64,000 nt of DNA from the NCBI GenBank assembly GCA_964106915.2, contig OZ066915.1; one strand, written 5' to 3'. Source of the stretch: Podarcis gaigeae. Lineage: Eukaryota. The notes beneath the pieces were generated by a model, which saw nothing but the letters and a program-made list of their open reading frames with translations, did not search any database and was not told the origin of the DNA. Positions 27,332 through 40,219 of this stretch are shown one piece after another; within the stretch, counting starts at the first letter, position 1, and every line of letters begins with the position of its first letter. A program made the translations under genes and the position numbers.

Positions 27332-28280
27332 GGCCAGTCCCCCTTGCTTTGTGTGCCCAGGAAAAGGAAGGGCTGGATTTGATCAGCCCCAAGGGCCAGA
27401 GTTCCTTGCCTATATGTTAATTTGGGGAGGTGGGAGAGTGTTGGGGTTCACCTGAATCTGTTAGGGCAGAAGAGAGAAAAGGGGAGTTCATTTTGAAGCT
27501 GTGGAAAAGGCAGCAGTCGGAGTGCCATCCATCCACCTCCCTCTGAAAGCTGTAAGGTGGCTCCCAGCCACTCTCAGGCAGGTTTTAAACAAATTCCCTT
27601 CCTCCTCATATTGACTCCAATCCCCCTCCCCACCACTACCACACACAAACCCTAATTGGACAGTCCCTGGTTTATTGGTGGCTTTATTTTATTTTCTTAT
27701 TTTTTTAGGGGAAAGGGGATATATTTGCCATTCATCACCCCCTATGAAAGGTCTGGTTCATGGGGCATTGCAAGAATTTCTGGAAGGGGGGTGGTTAGGG
27801 CAAGAAATAACCACATCCACACAGCACTTTGGTGTGTAGACCAGCACTGAACAGGTTAATGGCCCCACCCTCTCGCCTTCCCCTATGGGACAACTCCTGT
27901 CCTTTTATCAGTTTCCCCCCCCCTTTCCAGGCCCTTTTTATTATCTTTAAATAAAAAGTTTAAAGAAATAGTTGACTGGCTTTATAAAAAAGGGTTTTAA
28001 AAGTCTAGGCAGGGCACAGTGCTTTTTTATACGCTCTGTCTCCCGCACCGTTAAATTAAATTCAGCCGGAATTTTAACTCTGTAAAAACAACTGAGTTTT
28101 AGCATGAAGAATTTGTGTGTGTTTTTTGGATAGAAAAACACTTTATTTCCAATCTTTGTCTCCCTATTTTGGGGGAAAGAAGGGGGCAATAGTTTTCACA
28201 CCTGTAGGAGGGAGCAGTGACTGGTTGCCAGCTGGCAAAGGCATACTGAGAGAAAGAAGCTTGTCTCAATTTGTCTTTCT

Positions 28281-28415
28281 NNNNNNNNNNNNNNNNNNNN
28301 NNNNNNNNNNNNNNNNNNNNNNNNNNNNNNNNNNNNNNNNNNNNNNNNNNNNNNNNNNNNNNNNNNNNNNNNNNNNNNNNNNNNNNNNNNNNNNNNNNNN
28401 NNNNNNNNNNNNNNN
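28281..28415. other. Assembly gap (135 N) in the PRKACA 3' UTR
   Basis: Run of N. Confidence 1.
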
Positions 28416-29442
28416 ACCACCACCCTCCAATCCAAATGTCCCAACATGAGTTTCCCCACTTCAGGCAACTCTTGGAGCATCTGCCTGAACGGAAGAGAAA
28501 CAAGCAGGATCTAGTCCACCCTGTGAAACATCAGATAGACTCTAGCTAGTTGCCATGGTTCAAAGGGGCTTCTCCCGTTTGGTGAGCCATCAGGGTGGGA
28601 GAAAGTCCATGTAGATAGAGCTTGACCGTCGCAGGCAAAATGCATTGGCTGCTAGGATCCTACCCTTCCCAACTCCAACCTCCGACATCTGTTTTTGTAA
28701 TACAAGGATCTTTCCAGTCTGTTGGTGGAGACTCCATTGCACCGGTCCTTAAGGGCTCCATCGGCCTGCTATGTTTTGGTTTTTTTTAATGTTAAGACAG
28801 TAAGGAGGGAGTGGAAAATGTAAATCCCGGTGTAAACGGAGGTGGGGTAGGGGCTTAGAAACGAAAGTGTTGGGAAGGCCCATTCCATTTTGACCTGCAG
28901 TTCTGCTAGGGAATGAGAGGTGGCATCTGTTTTATTAGAGTCTTTTCTCATGGATGCGGAGGGAGCTGTGACTCAAAGATGAGGCGGGGGAGCCCATTTC
29001 TCTCCATTTAATTTGTTCCGACTCTTTCCTTCCCCTCCCTTTCCAATGCAATGCCTCTTTGTGTTCTGTCTTCACCTACCCCACTCCAAACACACTCTAT
29101 ATTCACCAGTTTAGTTTTCTTTTGTTTTCTTTCTGTGGCTGGGGAGCAAAGCAGTCTTCATTAGATTGATAGATGACATATAACACATACAGAAGCGCTG
29201 TCAGGAGCAGGCAAGCTTTGCTTGCCCCTCCAACTCCTCGTCGTCCTCTTCCCACCAATAGCTCATTGGCCTCTTCTATGTTGGGTTGGGGAGACAGCGG
29301 GAGTTAAAATACCCACCAGCTCCCTGCCTCAGAAAAAAACACTTCTATGTAATCCAACAAAACTTGTTTCACTGAGAAAAAAACAAACCCTACTTCCTCT
29401 TTAACAGTGTGCTTTGTTGTAAACATATTTGAAACTATTACC

Positions 29443-29448
29443 AATAAA
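29443..29448 (+). terminator. PRKACA polyadenylation signal
   Basis: AATAAA in the context ttgtaaacatatttgaaactattaccAATAAAgttttgttt, which resembles the mammalian PRKACA 3' end as recalled; gives a ~2.1 kb 3' UTR. Confidence 0.75.
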
Positions 29449-32400
29449 GTTTTGTTTAAAAAAAAAGACCTGAACTTTTATTTCTGAAGCGTGACTTAAG
29501 ACAGGGTGGTGTGGAGAAGAGGAAAAAGCGAGGGGCTGTGATGACATTGAGACGTTTGAACGCTAATACAGTAGACAGTACTTGGTCGTTCCAAATGACA
29601 GGTGCTAAATGATGGCACTGGATGGGAAGTTGTGGAATATATCTTCTTAGAGAGCAGTATGTGTGCTTACATTTGCCACTGACACAGTGAGATTCTTTAC
29701 CTACGGTTTAATTGCCATGCCTGAAGGTACATAGATTGAGGGTATTGTCTGTCCTGATCAACTTTAAGGAGGTCAGCTAACAAAATGGATTAGCTAGTTT
29801 TCACTTACTAGCCAATCAATAATGCAATAGCAATATAAGTGATATTTTGAGTCTATTTAATTTTTAGTTTGTGGGAATTCTGCTAGCATCTTAAAGATGG
29901 AAAGTTAAGATTATCAAATAGCTGTGAAAATGGGATCATGTGTCTGTTACCTAAAGTTTACACCAGCATTCCACAATTGCCAGATTCACTGGACGTGTGT
30001 GTGTGTATAATTTGCCATAGAATGTTGATATTTATAGAAAGCTCCTACCCTGCTGATTACAAAAGAATACACTATTTGTATATGAAATAAATGTCACATG
30101 TCAAGTTACGTAATGAACTTTAGTGTTGTACAAAGTCTCCTAGTACAAAATCCATCCATTCAAGGCCATTGAAAGTTGGGCAGACAAAATATAAACCACT
30201 TTACTGGTACACAGACATTCCTGTTCTTGTAAGAGATCAACCATTATCAACACAGTCTATGAGAAAACTAATTGTATTAATCTCCAGAGGTACAACTATA
30301 TTGCAAGGTCTCTGGACATTTGTGTTTTGCTTTTGGGGTCTCTGCTTATGGTCATAGTTAAAGAACTTTATCAGCAAGATGTATGGCAACTGTAGTTGGC
30401 TATGATGTCACTTTTTTCCTTAATCTAAATTTTGCTTTTTCTATGTACATATTTTCAGGCTTGGCTTGAAAAAGTGACAGCCTACCAATAGCTTGTGGCA
30501 CATTACAAACTAACTTATTTGTGTTGCATTAGCTAGCTAGGATGCTAGAGCAGTTTTTCATGCTGCTACAAGACTCCTTTCTTGTTCTAGTTCGACTGAA
30601 TTTGGCTTCTAAAGAGATGTCTGCTCAAGTGAAGTGATGGAATGAGGTGCACTGGAAAACTAGGGTGAACTGTTCTAAAAGTGAATGGGTCATTCTGAGA
30701 ATAACAAGCATTAGGGACTGAACAGCAAAGGGATGCAACTTGAGTTGAAGCATGCTAGCTGCTTTCCCAGTTCATATAGAGGTAAGACTTCTTGGAGATG
30801 AAAACAGCTATGGGATCCTTTTTGGTTCCTTTTTTAATTTTCTTAGCTAAACCCAGATACACTGTAGTTCGTTCACTCCACTTTCCCCCAATGTTGAAGA
30901 CAGTTTGAAAGTGGAATTCCATTTTCACCTTCGGTTAATAGCTGTGGTATTACTTTCAAAAACTGCAAAATCTTTTTGACCAGAGATGGCAGTGGGACAA
31001 AAATGTGTGTGTGTGTACACATGGGAACTGAAGCCCTTCTCAAACCACTTTTCATCTCTCAAACGTACCTGTCTCCCTCTTGAATAGCCTTCTGATACCC
31101 TGTCTGGTCACCATTGTTTGAGCATTTTTTTCTCTTCATGATGTGGTCAGGCAAGGAGGCCACATCTGGTGATGAGCAAAGTCTTGCTCAGGAGGGTAGC
31201 ACTTGGTTAACAGTGATCCCCAGCGTTCTGAAGCTAACAGGGTGCAGAAGTTGTAGGCCAGTGAGCCTGCCTACAGTTCTTGCAGCTTCTCGGAGCTGTC
31301 TGACACCATGCGGCCTCTCGATATGTCCACATACAACTCATGGCTGCTATGCAAGAAAGTTGGTACAAAAGACACTATAACACTAGAGAATGTTGAAAAC
31401 CCAGAAGCACAAAGTTAAATCTCTCAAACACAGGCTTGTTAACGCAACTTGCCCCTTTTCCTGTCACGTAAGACAGGCTCTGTTGCCCTATGTAAGGAAT
31501 CATACTCCAATTGTATCAGCTGTTTAGGTATCTTCAAGTTGGATTAATCTGTATGTGTGTGTGTTTGTGTGTGTGTAGTCTTCAGGCCATTTGACTTGCA
31601 TAATATCCTTTTTACATAAGGTTTAGATAACTGATGTGTATATATGTTAAAGTTGTATACTCAGGAGGAATGCTACATTTGGCATACTCTTATCTCTGTT
31701 CATGATGCCAGGAAACCTTGCATTGGCTTACCAGCAAATACTGGAATTCTTGAACCTTGGTGTTTTAAGGAAAACCACAAATGAGAGATGTTAAGAGTAA
31801 CAAAAATGCTACTGCAATTTTTCAAGGCGGTTGCTCTTGAAATCTCTCTGGAGGGCACAAATGCTTCGGTTTGGAAAAGATCATTCGTTTGACACACTGG
31901 GAGTTTTAAAGTAAAACAAGTGGACTGGTAGTTTCAAAATATACTGAAAGCTACAGTGCTTTATTCCCACCTCTGGAAGGGAGGAGGGCTTGAAAAAGAG
32001 ATGGCATGAAGGCAGTTCATTCCTGACCACTTCCTCTCACTGACTCAGCTTGTGAACATGGGCATATCGCTTCCCTTTCCAGTGCCTCTTTCCCATCAGT
32101 AATGGGGGTGGATCAAAGCCACTGCTTCCCACAATCCACATTACTGCTAAATTGTGTTACCTGTGCCATAACTGGAAAAACTATGATTTGAGGTGGACTG
32201 GAAATTCTCACAGGATTAGCATTGGGGAAAGTATTGAGTTAAACAGGTACAGCCTAAGAAGACACAAAACCCTGTTATTCTGCCCTAATTGCAATATGTT
32301 GGAACTGGGAATATACCGTAACTCATGAAAGCTACCCACTTGATCTTAACATATCCTTATCAGCTGTCCTCAACTTATAGAAGTAGTCTATAGCACAATG

Positions 32401-34479
32401 TTAAAACTCATGGTAACTTAGCATGGCTGTGCAATTTATTCTACCCATTTTGCTTTTGGGGCCATAGAAAGCTACCTGATTGAGTCAGATCATTGGTTTA
32501 TCCAGCTTAATACTATCTGCACTGGCTGGCAGTGGCTCTCTAGGGTTTTTGATGCAAGGTTTCCTCCCAGTCCTACCTTAAGCCACCAAGGATTACATCT
32601 GGGACCTACATACAAAGCAGATGCTTTTGTTCTCCCCCAAAATCAACAAGGAAGGGATTCTGTTCTGTAGGATCCCTTATTAACTTTCCCCCTCTTCTTG
32701 CTCCTGTCCCAGACATAAAGCAGATCACTACTGTATTTCTCTTATGATGGTCAGTGTACTGCAGGAACTCATCTACTATATATTTCAGTAGGTTGCTGCA
32801 CTCTGCATAGGCATTCAACGCATCTCTCACTGAGAACCGAGCCTGCTCCTATTTACGTAGCCTCTGTATTCTAATTCTTGGCCATGCTATTGCGATATAT
32901 TGTTGGAAATATATATAGAAGTTGGAGCTGCAACAATATGATGCAGTGCTGAGTGCTGCTATTAAATATTCCAACCACTCCCTCCCTCAAACCAGTTAGT
33001 CAGTCTCTGGCTCCTGAGCATGCTATTCTCATTGGTCGGCTTTGAGATTTCCTTCCATTGGGTTTTTTCCACCTTTTTTTTTTTGTATTGCTACAAATCT
33101 TGGGGTTCCCCTATGCCTGGTAGTAGCTCCCCTTTTGTGCAAGGGCCTACAGCTTGAAAAGTGGAGCGTACACAACATTTTGCAGCACTGCCCTTCCTCT
33201 GCAAGCTAGCACTACCCAAGGGCTGGTAGTAGCTTAGCCGCAGAGTGACTGTGATGAAGATTGGTCCAGCTTGGTCAAGACTTGAGTAATTAGCAGGTAG
33301 AGAAGATGGACAATAGCACTGACTTCAACCAGACATAGCTTAAGTTGGTGGTGCTGATGTGCACTGCTGACTTTTACGTGAACAATAACTACCACACTAT
33401 TTACTATGGATATGCTTTAGTGCAACTCGTGTTCACAAATAAATGAACAGTGTGGTGTGCTAGCCTTTGGCATCTTGTGAAAATTTCACAGCCCTGTACA
33501 TAAGTACAGAGAAAATATACTCAAGGCCTCATTCACTCTACTGCAGATTTCCTGTATCATCTCTTTGAAATTCAATAGTCAATATTCCTAGCATTGCTTA
33601 GATTCTGACTTCTGGGGCTGTGGGGAGGGGGGAATCCAACTGTTAGAATTAATTGCTTAACCATAATAGAAACAGGTACAAGCTTCCCCTTTCTGATCCT
33701 ACTTATCCTCTTAAACTATGTTTTAGCAGCTTATGTTTTGTTATGTCATCGCATCATAAACTCTGGGGTCCTGGCCAAAAAGAAGAGTACAGTAATCAAA
33801 ATGCAACATATTGGAAATCTAAGGGCCTCCTTTCTAACATTTCTAGTGTATGAGAACAAGAGTCAGAGGACCCAAGACTGTGAGAGTTTACAGTAGGACA
33901 TCCTAGTGTGACCAGAGGACAACTGGTTGTGACAACCGCAAGAGTTCAGTTCAGTCTGACCTCTGTGTATTTACTTGGATGCAAGTCTCACTATGCTCAG
34001 TGGAGCTTGATTCTCTGTGCACAGAACTGAAACCTTAATGGTGTAGCCTAGGGCTGCAAAAGCAAATGTCATAGGAAGTGAAGGAGTGGTGGCTGGGAGG
34101 GACATTTTTCCTCTCTTTACAGCCGCCTTTTGAAAAACACACAAAGCAAAACATAGAGGTTCTGATCTCCTTCCATATTTCAGCGCTCGCATTTATCTGC
34201 TGTAGTCAGGAAATACAAGTGTACAGGGGCAGGCAGGACAAACCTTCAGCGATCGGGATTAAGCAAGGGCGTGGACGCTGACCGCCGTAGTTTTGAGTGA
34301 ATAAATGTGGACTAGGAGGAGGTCAGGTTCGTAAACTGGGCAAATGAAGACGGGCGTTTGAGAGGAAAGCTAAGCGTTGCAGGCTGAAGGGAAAACTTCT
34401 ATTCCACTTTCCGCTGAAATCCGCCGCTGAAACTCCTGCTGCTATAAATGGAACAGCCAGCGAGTGCTGTTTTTTTTTA

Positions 34480-36240
34480 AAAAAGAATTATGTAGTCGCC
34501 GGATTCCTGCTGTTGACTTCTGCCTGAGGCGGCCAGAGAGCGCCCTTTCCAGCCGGCGCGGCCGCTAAGGGGACGCCGCGAATTCTCCTGCTCCACCTTA
34601 AGCCGCCAAGTGTAGGGAGGCTACGGGAGGCAACAGCGCCTCCTTAAGCGGCTGCGGGTCCCGCTCGGGCGGTGGTGGAGGCGGCGGCGCGTGCGGCTGG
34701 GGGAAGGGGAGGGAGGAGCTCGCGCTGCCCGGACCAGCCCGCGCGCCGCCGCTTCCAGCAGCAGCAGCGCCTGCCGGGCGGAGGGTCTAGTTGGCGCCGC
34801 GCGGGCAAGAGCTGAGGCCAAGGCGGAGCGGCGCACGGGGGCAGCGAAGCCCCGGGGGAGGCGGCAACACCATGGCCGGGCCCCCGCCGCCGCCCCCGGG
34901 CCAGGAGGCGCCGCGCTACCAGGAGTGGATCTTGGACACCATCGACTCGCTGCGCTCGCGCAAGGCGCGCCCGGACCTGGAGCGCATCTGCCGCATGGTG
35001 CGCCGGCGGCACGGCCCGGAGCCGGAGCGCACCCGCGCCGAGCTGGAGAAGCTCATCCAGCAGCGCGCCGTGCTCCGCGTCAGCTACAAGGGAAGCATCT
35101 CGTACCGCAACGCTGCGCGGGTCCAGCCGCCTCGGCGAGGCGGAACGCCCGCCGCCAGCCCCGCGGCCCCGCAGCGGACGGCCCGCACTTCCCCGCCCAG
35201 CGCTCCCGCCGCCGCCGCCGCCGCCGCCACCGCGACGCCCCGGTCCTCCCAGCGTGCAGCGCCCCGCGCGGAGCCAGCCGCGCCGCCGCCGCCGCCACCT
35301 CCGCCGCCACCGCCGCAGCCGCCGCCTCCTCGTCGGACCGGCCGGGAGCGACCGCCGCCGCCTGCCCCCGCCCCGGAGGAGCCCTCCCCCGTCAGCCTGC
35401 GAGAGATTGTGCGCTACTTGGGCGGCGACGGCGCCGCGCCGGGGGGCGGCCGAGTGACTCGAGGCCGAGCGCAGGGGCTGCTCCAAGAGGAGCGGCTGGA
35501 GAGGACCCGCTTGGGTGGCGGCGGGGGCGGGGGCGGCAGCGGCAACAGCGTCGCCTTGCCCAGGGCGGAGAGAGGCGCGCAGGCCCGGGCGCCCAGCGCC
35601 AGGGCTTACAGGAACAAGGTGAGGGGCTGCCGCGGCGCGCGCGGGGGGAGGGGTGGGGGCGGGGCGGCGGGGGCGCACGGGCTGAGGGGAACAGGTGAGC
35701 TTCCCCAGGACGGAAACGGACCTAGCGGAGGAGTGCGCGCGCAGGGGGCGCCCGAATACTGGGCGCGGGGGGGGGGGGCGGGCGGCGGAGAGGAGCCGCT
35801 TTCGGGGAGGGCAGACGGCGCCCAGCCCCCCGAATGTTGTCAGCGGGCGCTCGCGCAGGTGTGCGTGTGTCTGGGAGGAAGAGTTATGGGCAGCGCCCAA
35901 TCAAATCGCTTTGGCACGGGAGGGGGCGCCACGATTGGTGCCTGGGCTTCGACGGGGCGACATTCTCCCGTGCAGTTCCGAAGTATTGTGGGAAGGTGAG
36001 CGGAAAGGCCGCCGCTGGATGGCACAACTCCGCCTGGTCCGCGGGGAACTTGCGGGGCCGAGTTGGGGAGCGGGTAAGAACTACCCCCGGGCGTGCGTGC
36101 GGAGGGGCTCCGCTCACCTGCGCGCGCGGCCCTCCGGTGACATTTGTGCGGCGTTGAGGATGCACGACGGGCCCTGGACAGTGGCCCCTTCTCTGACCTC
36201 GCCCCCCCCCCCGCCAAACTCAGGCCGTGCCAGGCTCCGT
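34480..36240. promoter_or_regulatory. CpG island covering the SAMD1 promoter, exon 1 and start of intron 1
   Basis: Very high GC and CpG content relative to the flanks. Confidence 0.9.
34872..35618 (+). CDS. SAMD1: SAMD1 exon 1 (winged-helix CpG-binding domain YQEWILDTIDSLRSRKARPDLERIC..., Pro/Ala/Gly-rich)
   Basis: caccATGG Kozak; near-identical to the known SAMD1 WH domain; donor aag|gtgagg; 747 nt, phase 0. Confidence 0.93.
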
Positions 36241-36722
36241 ATAAACACAGAACAAAGAGTCAGTTTGTGCTTGACCTAAAGGGTTCTGTAACCTCCAAAT
36301 AAGGTCGGGAGGTGGTGGGAGTAGTAAGGCAGCGAATGCAAACGGGGAGCGGAGGGGGGAGCAGAAAAGGAGAAATCATGTGGTGTTGGTCAGGAGGGTG
36401 ACCAGCTCTGGAATGTAACCCAATCCAGTAAGGATCAGAGCAATTATCAAGGGTAGAATACAATTACAGTCCAGTAAAAAGAAGCCCCTTTTGGTTCTCT
36501 CTTATTTTTGGCAAGTTTTCTGTTACAAGGATGGCAATAGATTTCCATAAATCTAGGCGGATCCGCCCAACAAAGCCAAGTGGAGGGATGGTGTGACTGA
36601 AGTTTGATTCCATCTCTTCTTGGATTAGAAGGCTCCTGCTGTGTTTCAAAGAGCCTCTGAGCATTTTTCGGTAGTACTTTGGAGGCCTTTACCAAGACTA
36701 GCAACACCGCTGGTTCCAAGTA

Positions 36723-36920
36723 CAGTGGTACCTCGGGTTAAGTACTTAATTCGTTCCAGAGGTCCTTACTTAACCTGAAGCTAATGGGGCCTCCTGCTGC
36801 TGCCACGCCGCCGGAGCACGATTTCTGTTCTCATCCTAAAGCAAAGTTCTTAACCTGAAGCACTATTTCTGGGTTAGCGGAGTCTGTAACCTGAAGCATA
36901 TGTAACCTGAGGTACCACTG
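36723..36920. mobile_element. Tc1/mariner MITE, complete
   Basis: TIRs cagtggtacctcgggtta / taacctgaggtaccactg; TA flanks. Confidence 0.88.
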
Positions 36921-37331
36921 TACAGTAACTCATTTTGAACAAATAAGGGAAACTGAAGCAGGATTACAAGAAATGGCTCTGAGTAAAATTACATTGTAAC
37001 CTGGAAGTAGATTGGGTTAGTTGTCAAAGTGTGCAATCCTATTTATGTCTAGACAGAAGTAACAGCCACAGAGGTCAGTGGTACTTAACTCCCAGAAAAG
37101 TTGGCATAGGATTTAGCAAAAGGCCACACCCTTAGCCTGGACGTAAGCACCATTAACAACAATTATGTGTAGGACAGTACTGTAAAGTCAATAAAAGTGA
37201 AACAAGGAACTTGAGGCACCAACATTGAGTAAGCCTGGAGAGTTAGACACAGGGGTGATTAGTCTGGGGTGCTGTGGAAGCAGGGCCTGGATTTGTAAAT
37301 ATATATATATGTATTCTTTTTATGTTTGCAG

Positions 37332-37710
37332 AAGGCAGGTGAGGAGGTCAAAGGTGAAGAAGAAGAAGAGGAGGAGGAAGAAGAAGAGGATGAAGCCTCC
37401 ACCATGTCTGAAGGTTCAGAGGTGGCACAAGATTATGAGGCCAGCAACTACAGCAGACCTGGGATAGGCCAGGTGAACGGGGACTGTAAGGACAGCAAGC
37501 ATGGTGGGAAAGAGATCCCACCCAGCAGTGCCCTCACCAGAGACCTGCGCTCCCTCGAGGAGCAGCCCTTGAACAAAGGATCAGAGCGTCCCCACCATGA
37601 AGGAAATGAGCAATGTCATACAAAGGCCTCTTGGCCTGGAGAAAGTGCCTGTCACCATCTGGGGGGCAGCAAGAAAGATGGCAGCGCCTATCAGCAGCCA
37701 GACAGAGCAG
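37332..37710 (+). CDS. SAMD1: SAMD1 exon 2 (acidic poly-Glu tract, MSEGSEV)
   Basis: cag|aag...cag|gtatag; 379 nt, phase 0 to 1. Confidence 0.85.
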
Positions 37711-38168
37711 GTATAGGGTGGGCAGGAGGGTGGGGAGAGTAGTTGGCTAAGCTTGACTTTTCTTGGGAGACTCAGGCCCTAGAGGGATATGGTAAAAGAT
37801 CCTAATGGAGGAACCATTGGAGATGGTGATAAGATTATTGCACAGGTTTTTCAAGTGTAAATAGACCCCTGGCGTCATTGTGCAACTCACTATTGAGAAT
37901 TATGCCTAGGAGCCCTAGGCCAGGTCAGTGGTATTATGGGTGGATGAGGAGTGGGGGGGTCGGATTGTGGGAAGGTGGCTTTGGCTCTCAGGTGTTTGTG
38001 CCATGGGAATTAAAACTGGCTTCTTGTTCTCTGCCTCAAAAGGGCTCCAGGCACATACACATGCACAAATTCATTCACCAGCTAGTTAAAGCCTCATTGC
38101 TATGTAAGAGAACCAGGCCCATTCCCATTTGTGTTTTTTTTCCCTCCCTCTCTCTTACTTTCTCCCAG

Positions 38169-38259
38169 TGTCACCAGCTGTTGCAGGTACTGAGCCCTCT
38201 GTGCCCTCATCCCCTGGGAGACCTGGCATCCAGGCAGATGGGAGACCCTTCAGCTGCAC
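38169..38259 (+). CDS. SAMD1: SAMD1 exon 3 ((V)SPAVAGTEPSVPSSPGRPGIQADGRPFSC)
   Basis: cag|tg...ac|gtaagt; 91 nt, phase 1 to 2; resembles mammalian PGKPALPGADGTPFGC. Confidence 0.85.
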
Positions 38260-38889
38260 GTAAGTTTTGAGTGGGCACCGAAAACCCATTTGTTTAATGA
38301 CGGCTAGTTCACCTATGACCCTCTGTAAGGAGAGAACACTTGAGTCCCCTGCCATCAGTGCCACCACCTATTTAGAAAAGGACCAGATAAGACGTCTTCA
38401 GCAGTGAGTAAAGGCTGATTGCATCTAGAAGGGCTTTCATCTGGGTAAGCTTGCCCCTCATTCTACCCTGGTGCTTATGGAAATGAGGGAGGAGCTGTAG
38501 CTGCTGCCTCACCCCAGCTGGTTCTTAAGAGAAGGAGCAGCAACAGCAGCACTTAGCTTTTGCACACTCTGGGAAATGAAGCTGCTGTCAGAGTGAATGA
38601 GGGGCTGCTGAGGTGGTGGCAGTAGAGGAGGAAGCAGTAAGTTAGTCCTGCAAGTTTTTTCAGCTGCCTCCCTCCTTCATTGGAGGAAATGAGTTGCTGC
38701 TGCCCTTCAGATTCCGAAGCAGGCACAGTGGGGTTGAAATACTTAGACGTCCTCATGAGGCTGCTTTGCACATTGCCATATTTGTGTGACTGTGATGCCA
38801 TATTGGTGCCTCTCAATGGGGGCCTTCCCTTCCTGTTTGCTGGGATAGGCTTCCTGTTAGCCTGGCCTCTGTCGCCCATGTTCTGGGAA

Positions 38890-39140
38890 CCTCCAAGATA
38901 GACTGCTGGAATGCACTGTCTATAGAGCTGCCTTGGGAAACTGTTCAGAAGCTGCAGTTCCTATAGAATACAGCTGCTTGATTGCTGCCTGGGACTGGGT
39001 GTTAGGATCATGTTTTGCCTGTGCTATGCGGCTGCACTGGCTTCCATTCCATTAGTGGGTCCTGTTCAAAGGGAACTTGAAGGGCCATCTGTCTCCAGAT
39101 ATGCCTCACTGACTGAGGTGAGGTGGGTGGCAACCAGAGA
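38890..39140 (+). mobile_element. Degenerate L2-type LINE ORF2 fragment
   Basis: Decayed LDYCNAL..GLP..TVQKLQ..QNTAARLL...LHWLP-like motif. Confidence 0.55.
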
Positions 39141-39186
39141 AAGTTTATTTCCCCAGCAAGTGATGGAACATCTTCTGCCCAAAGAT

Positions 39187-39698
39187 GGGCAGACCTCACC
39201 TGGAGTACTGTGTCCAGTTCTGGGCACCACAGTTCAAGAAGGACACTGACAAACTGGAACGTGTCCAGAGGAGGGCAACCAAAATGGTCAAAGGCCTGGA
39301 AACGATGCCTTATGAGGAACGGCTAAGGGAGCTGGGCATGTTTAGCCTGGAGAAGAGGAGGTTAAGGGGTGATATGATAGCCATGTTCAAATATATAAAA
39401 GGATGTCACATAGAGGAGAGAGAAAGGTTGTTTTCTGCTGCTCCAGAGAAGCGGACACGGAGCAATGGATCCAAACTACAAGAAAGAAGATTCCACCTAA
39501 ACATTAGGAAGAACTTCCTGACAGTAAGAGCTGTTCGACAGTGGAATTTGCTGCCAAGGAGTGTGGTGGAGTCTCCTTCTTTGGAGGTCTTTAAGCAGAG
39601 GCTTGACAACCATGTGTCAGGAGTGCTCTGATGGTGTTTCCTGCTTGGCAGGGGGTTGGACTCGATGGCCCTTGTGGTCTCTTCCAACTCTATGATTC
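39187..39698 (+). mobile_element. Young 5'-truncated CR1 LINE (ORF2 C-terminus intact, plus 3' UTR)
   Basis: Open frame [18 protein letters not shown]...LEVFKQRLD; 3' end ttccaactctatgattct. Confidence 0.92.
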
Positions 39699-40110
39699 TG
39701 TGTTTCCCTGACAAGATGCTATTTTTCCTTTCAGCTCCAAGCAGGTGTTTTTTTATTTACCCAAGCTTTTGAGATGAAGTTCTTGCTCTCTGTCATTTTG
39801 TGGCATTTGACTTTATTATTCACATTTTGTTTTATTCTTGTAACCCCTCCCCTTTCTGCAGTATATTTGAAGTGTGGTTTAAAAATACACATAATAAATT
39901 ACTGGGGTGGGGTTTGGGTGGCCCCGTACAGAAAAACTTGTCTCTTGCTCAAGTTGGGTTCTTTTTATGATCTGCCCCCCCTCCCATTCTGGATCCATGC
40001 ATGCACTCTCTTCTTTTTAACTCCTGGTGAGAAGTCCCCTTCACATTGTGGATCAGGAGGCCATTGGATGCCTGGGGTATGAATTCTCTTTTCTCTCTCT
40101 CTCCTTGTAG

Positions 40111-40219
40111 CTCAGTGAAGGAGAAGCCTTCTGACCCAGTGGAATGGACTGTGAGTGATGTTGTGGATTATTTCACAGAAGCTGGTTTTGCTGAGCAAGC
40201 ATCTGCCTTTCAAGAACAG
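40111..40219 (+). CDS. SAMD1: SAMD1 exon 4 (SAM domain N-half, [19 protein letters not shown])
   Basis: tag|c...cag|gtgaga; 109 nt, phase 2 to 0. Confidence 0.95.

Noticed and set aside
34644-35900. 418-aa antisense ORF and 335-aa alternate-frame ORF over SAMD1 exon 1
   Set aside because: Expected stop-codon scarcity in a very GC-rich island; low-complexity Arg/Gly/Ala translation with no recognisable domain.
35619-35999. Read-through of the SAMD1 exon 1 ORF to 35999
   Set aside because: A good donor at 35619 is in phase with exon 2; the extension is GC-rich intron.
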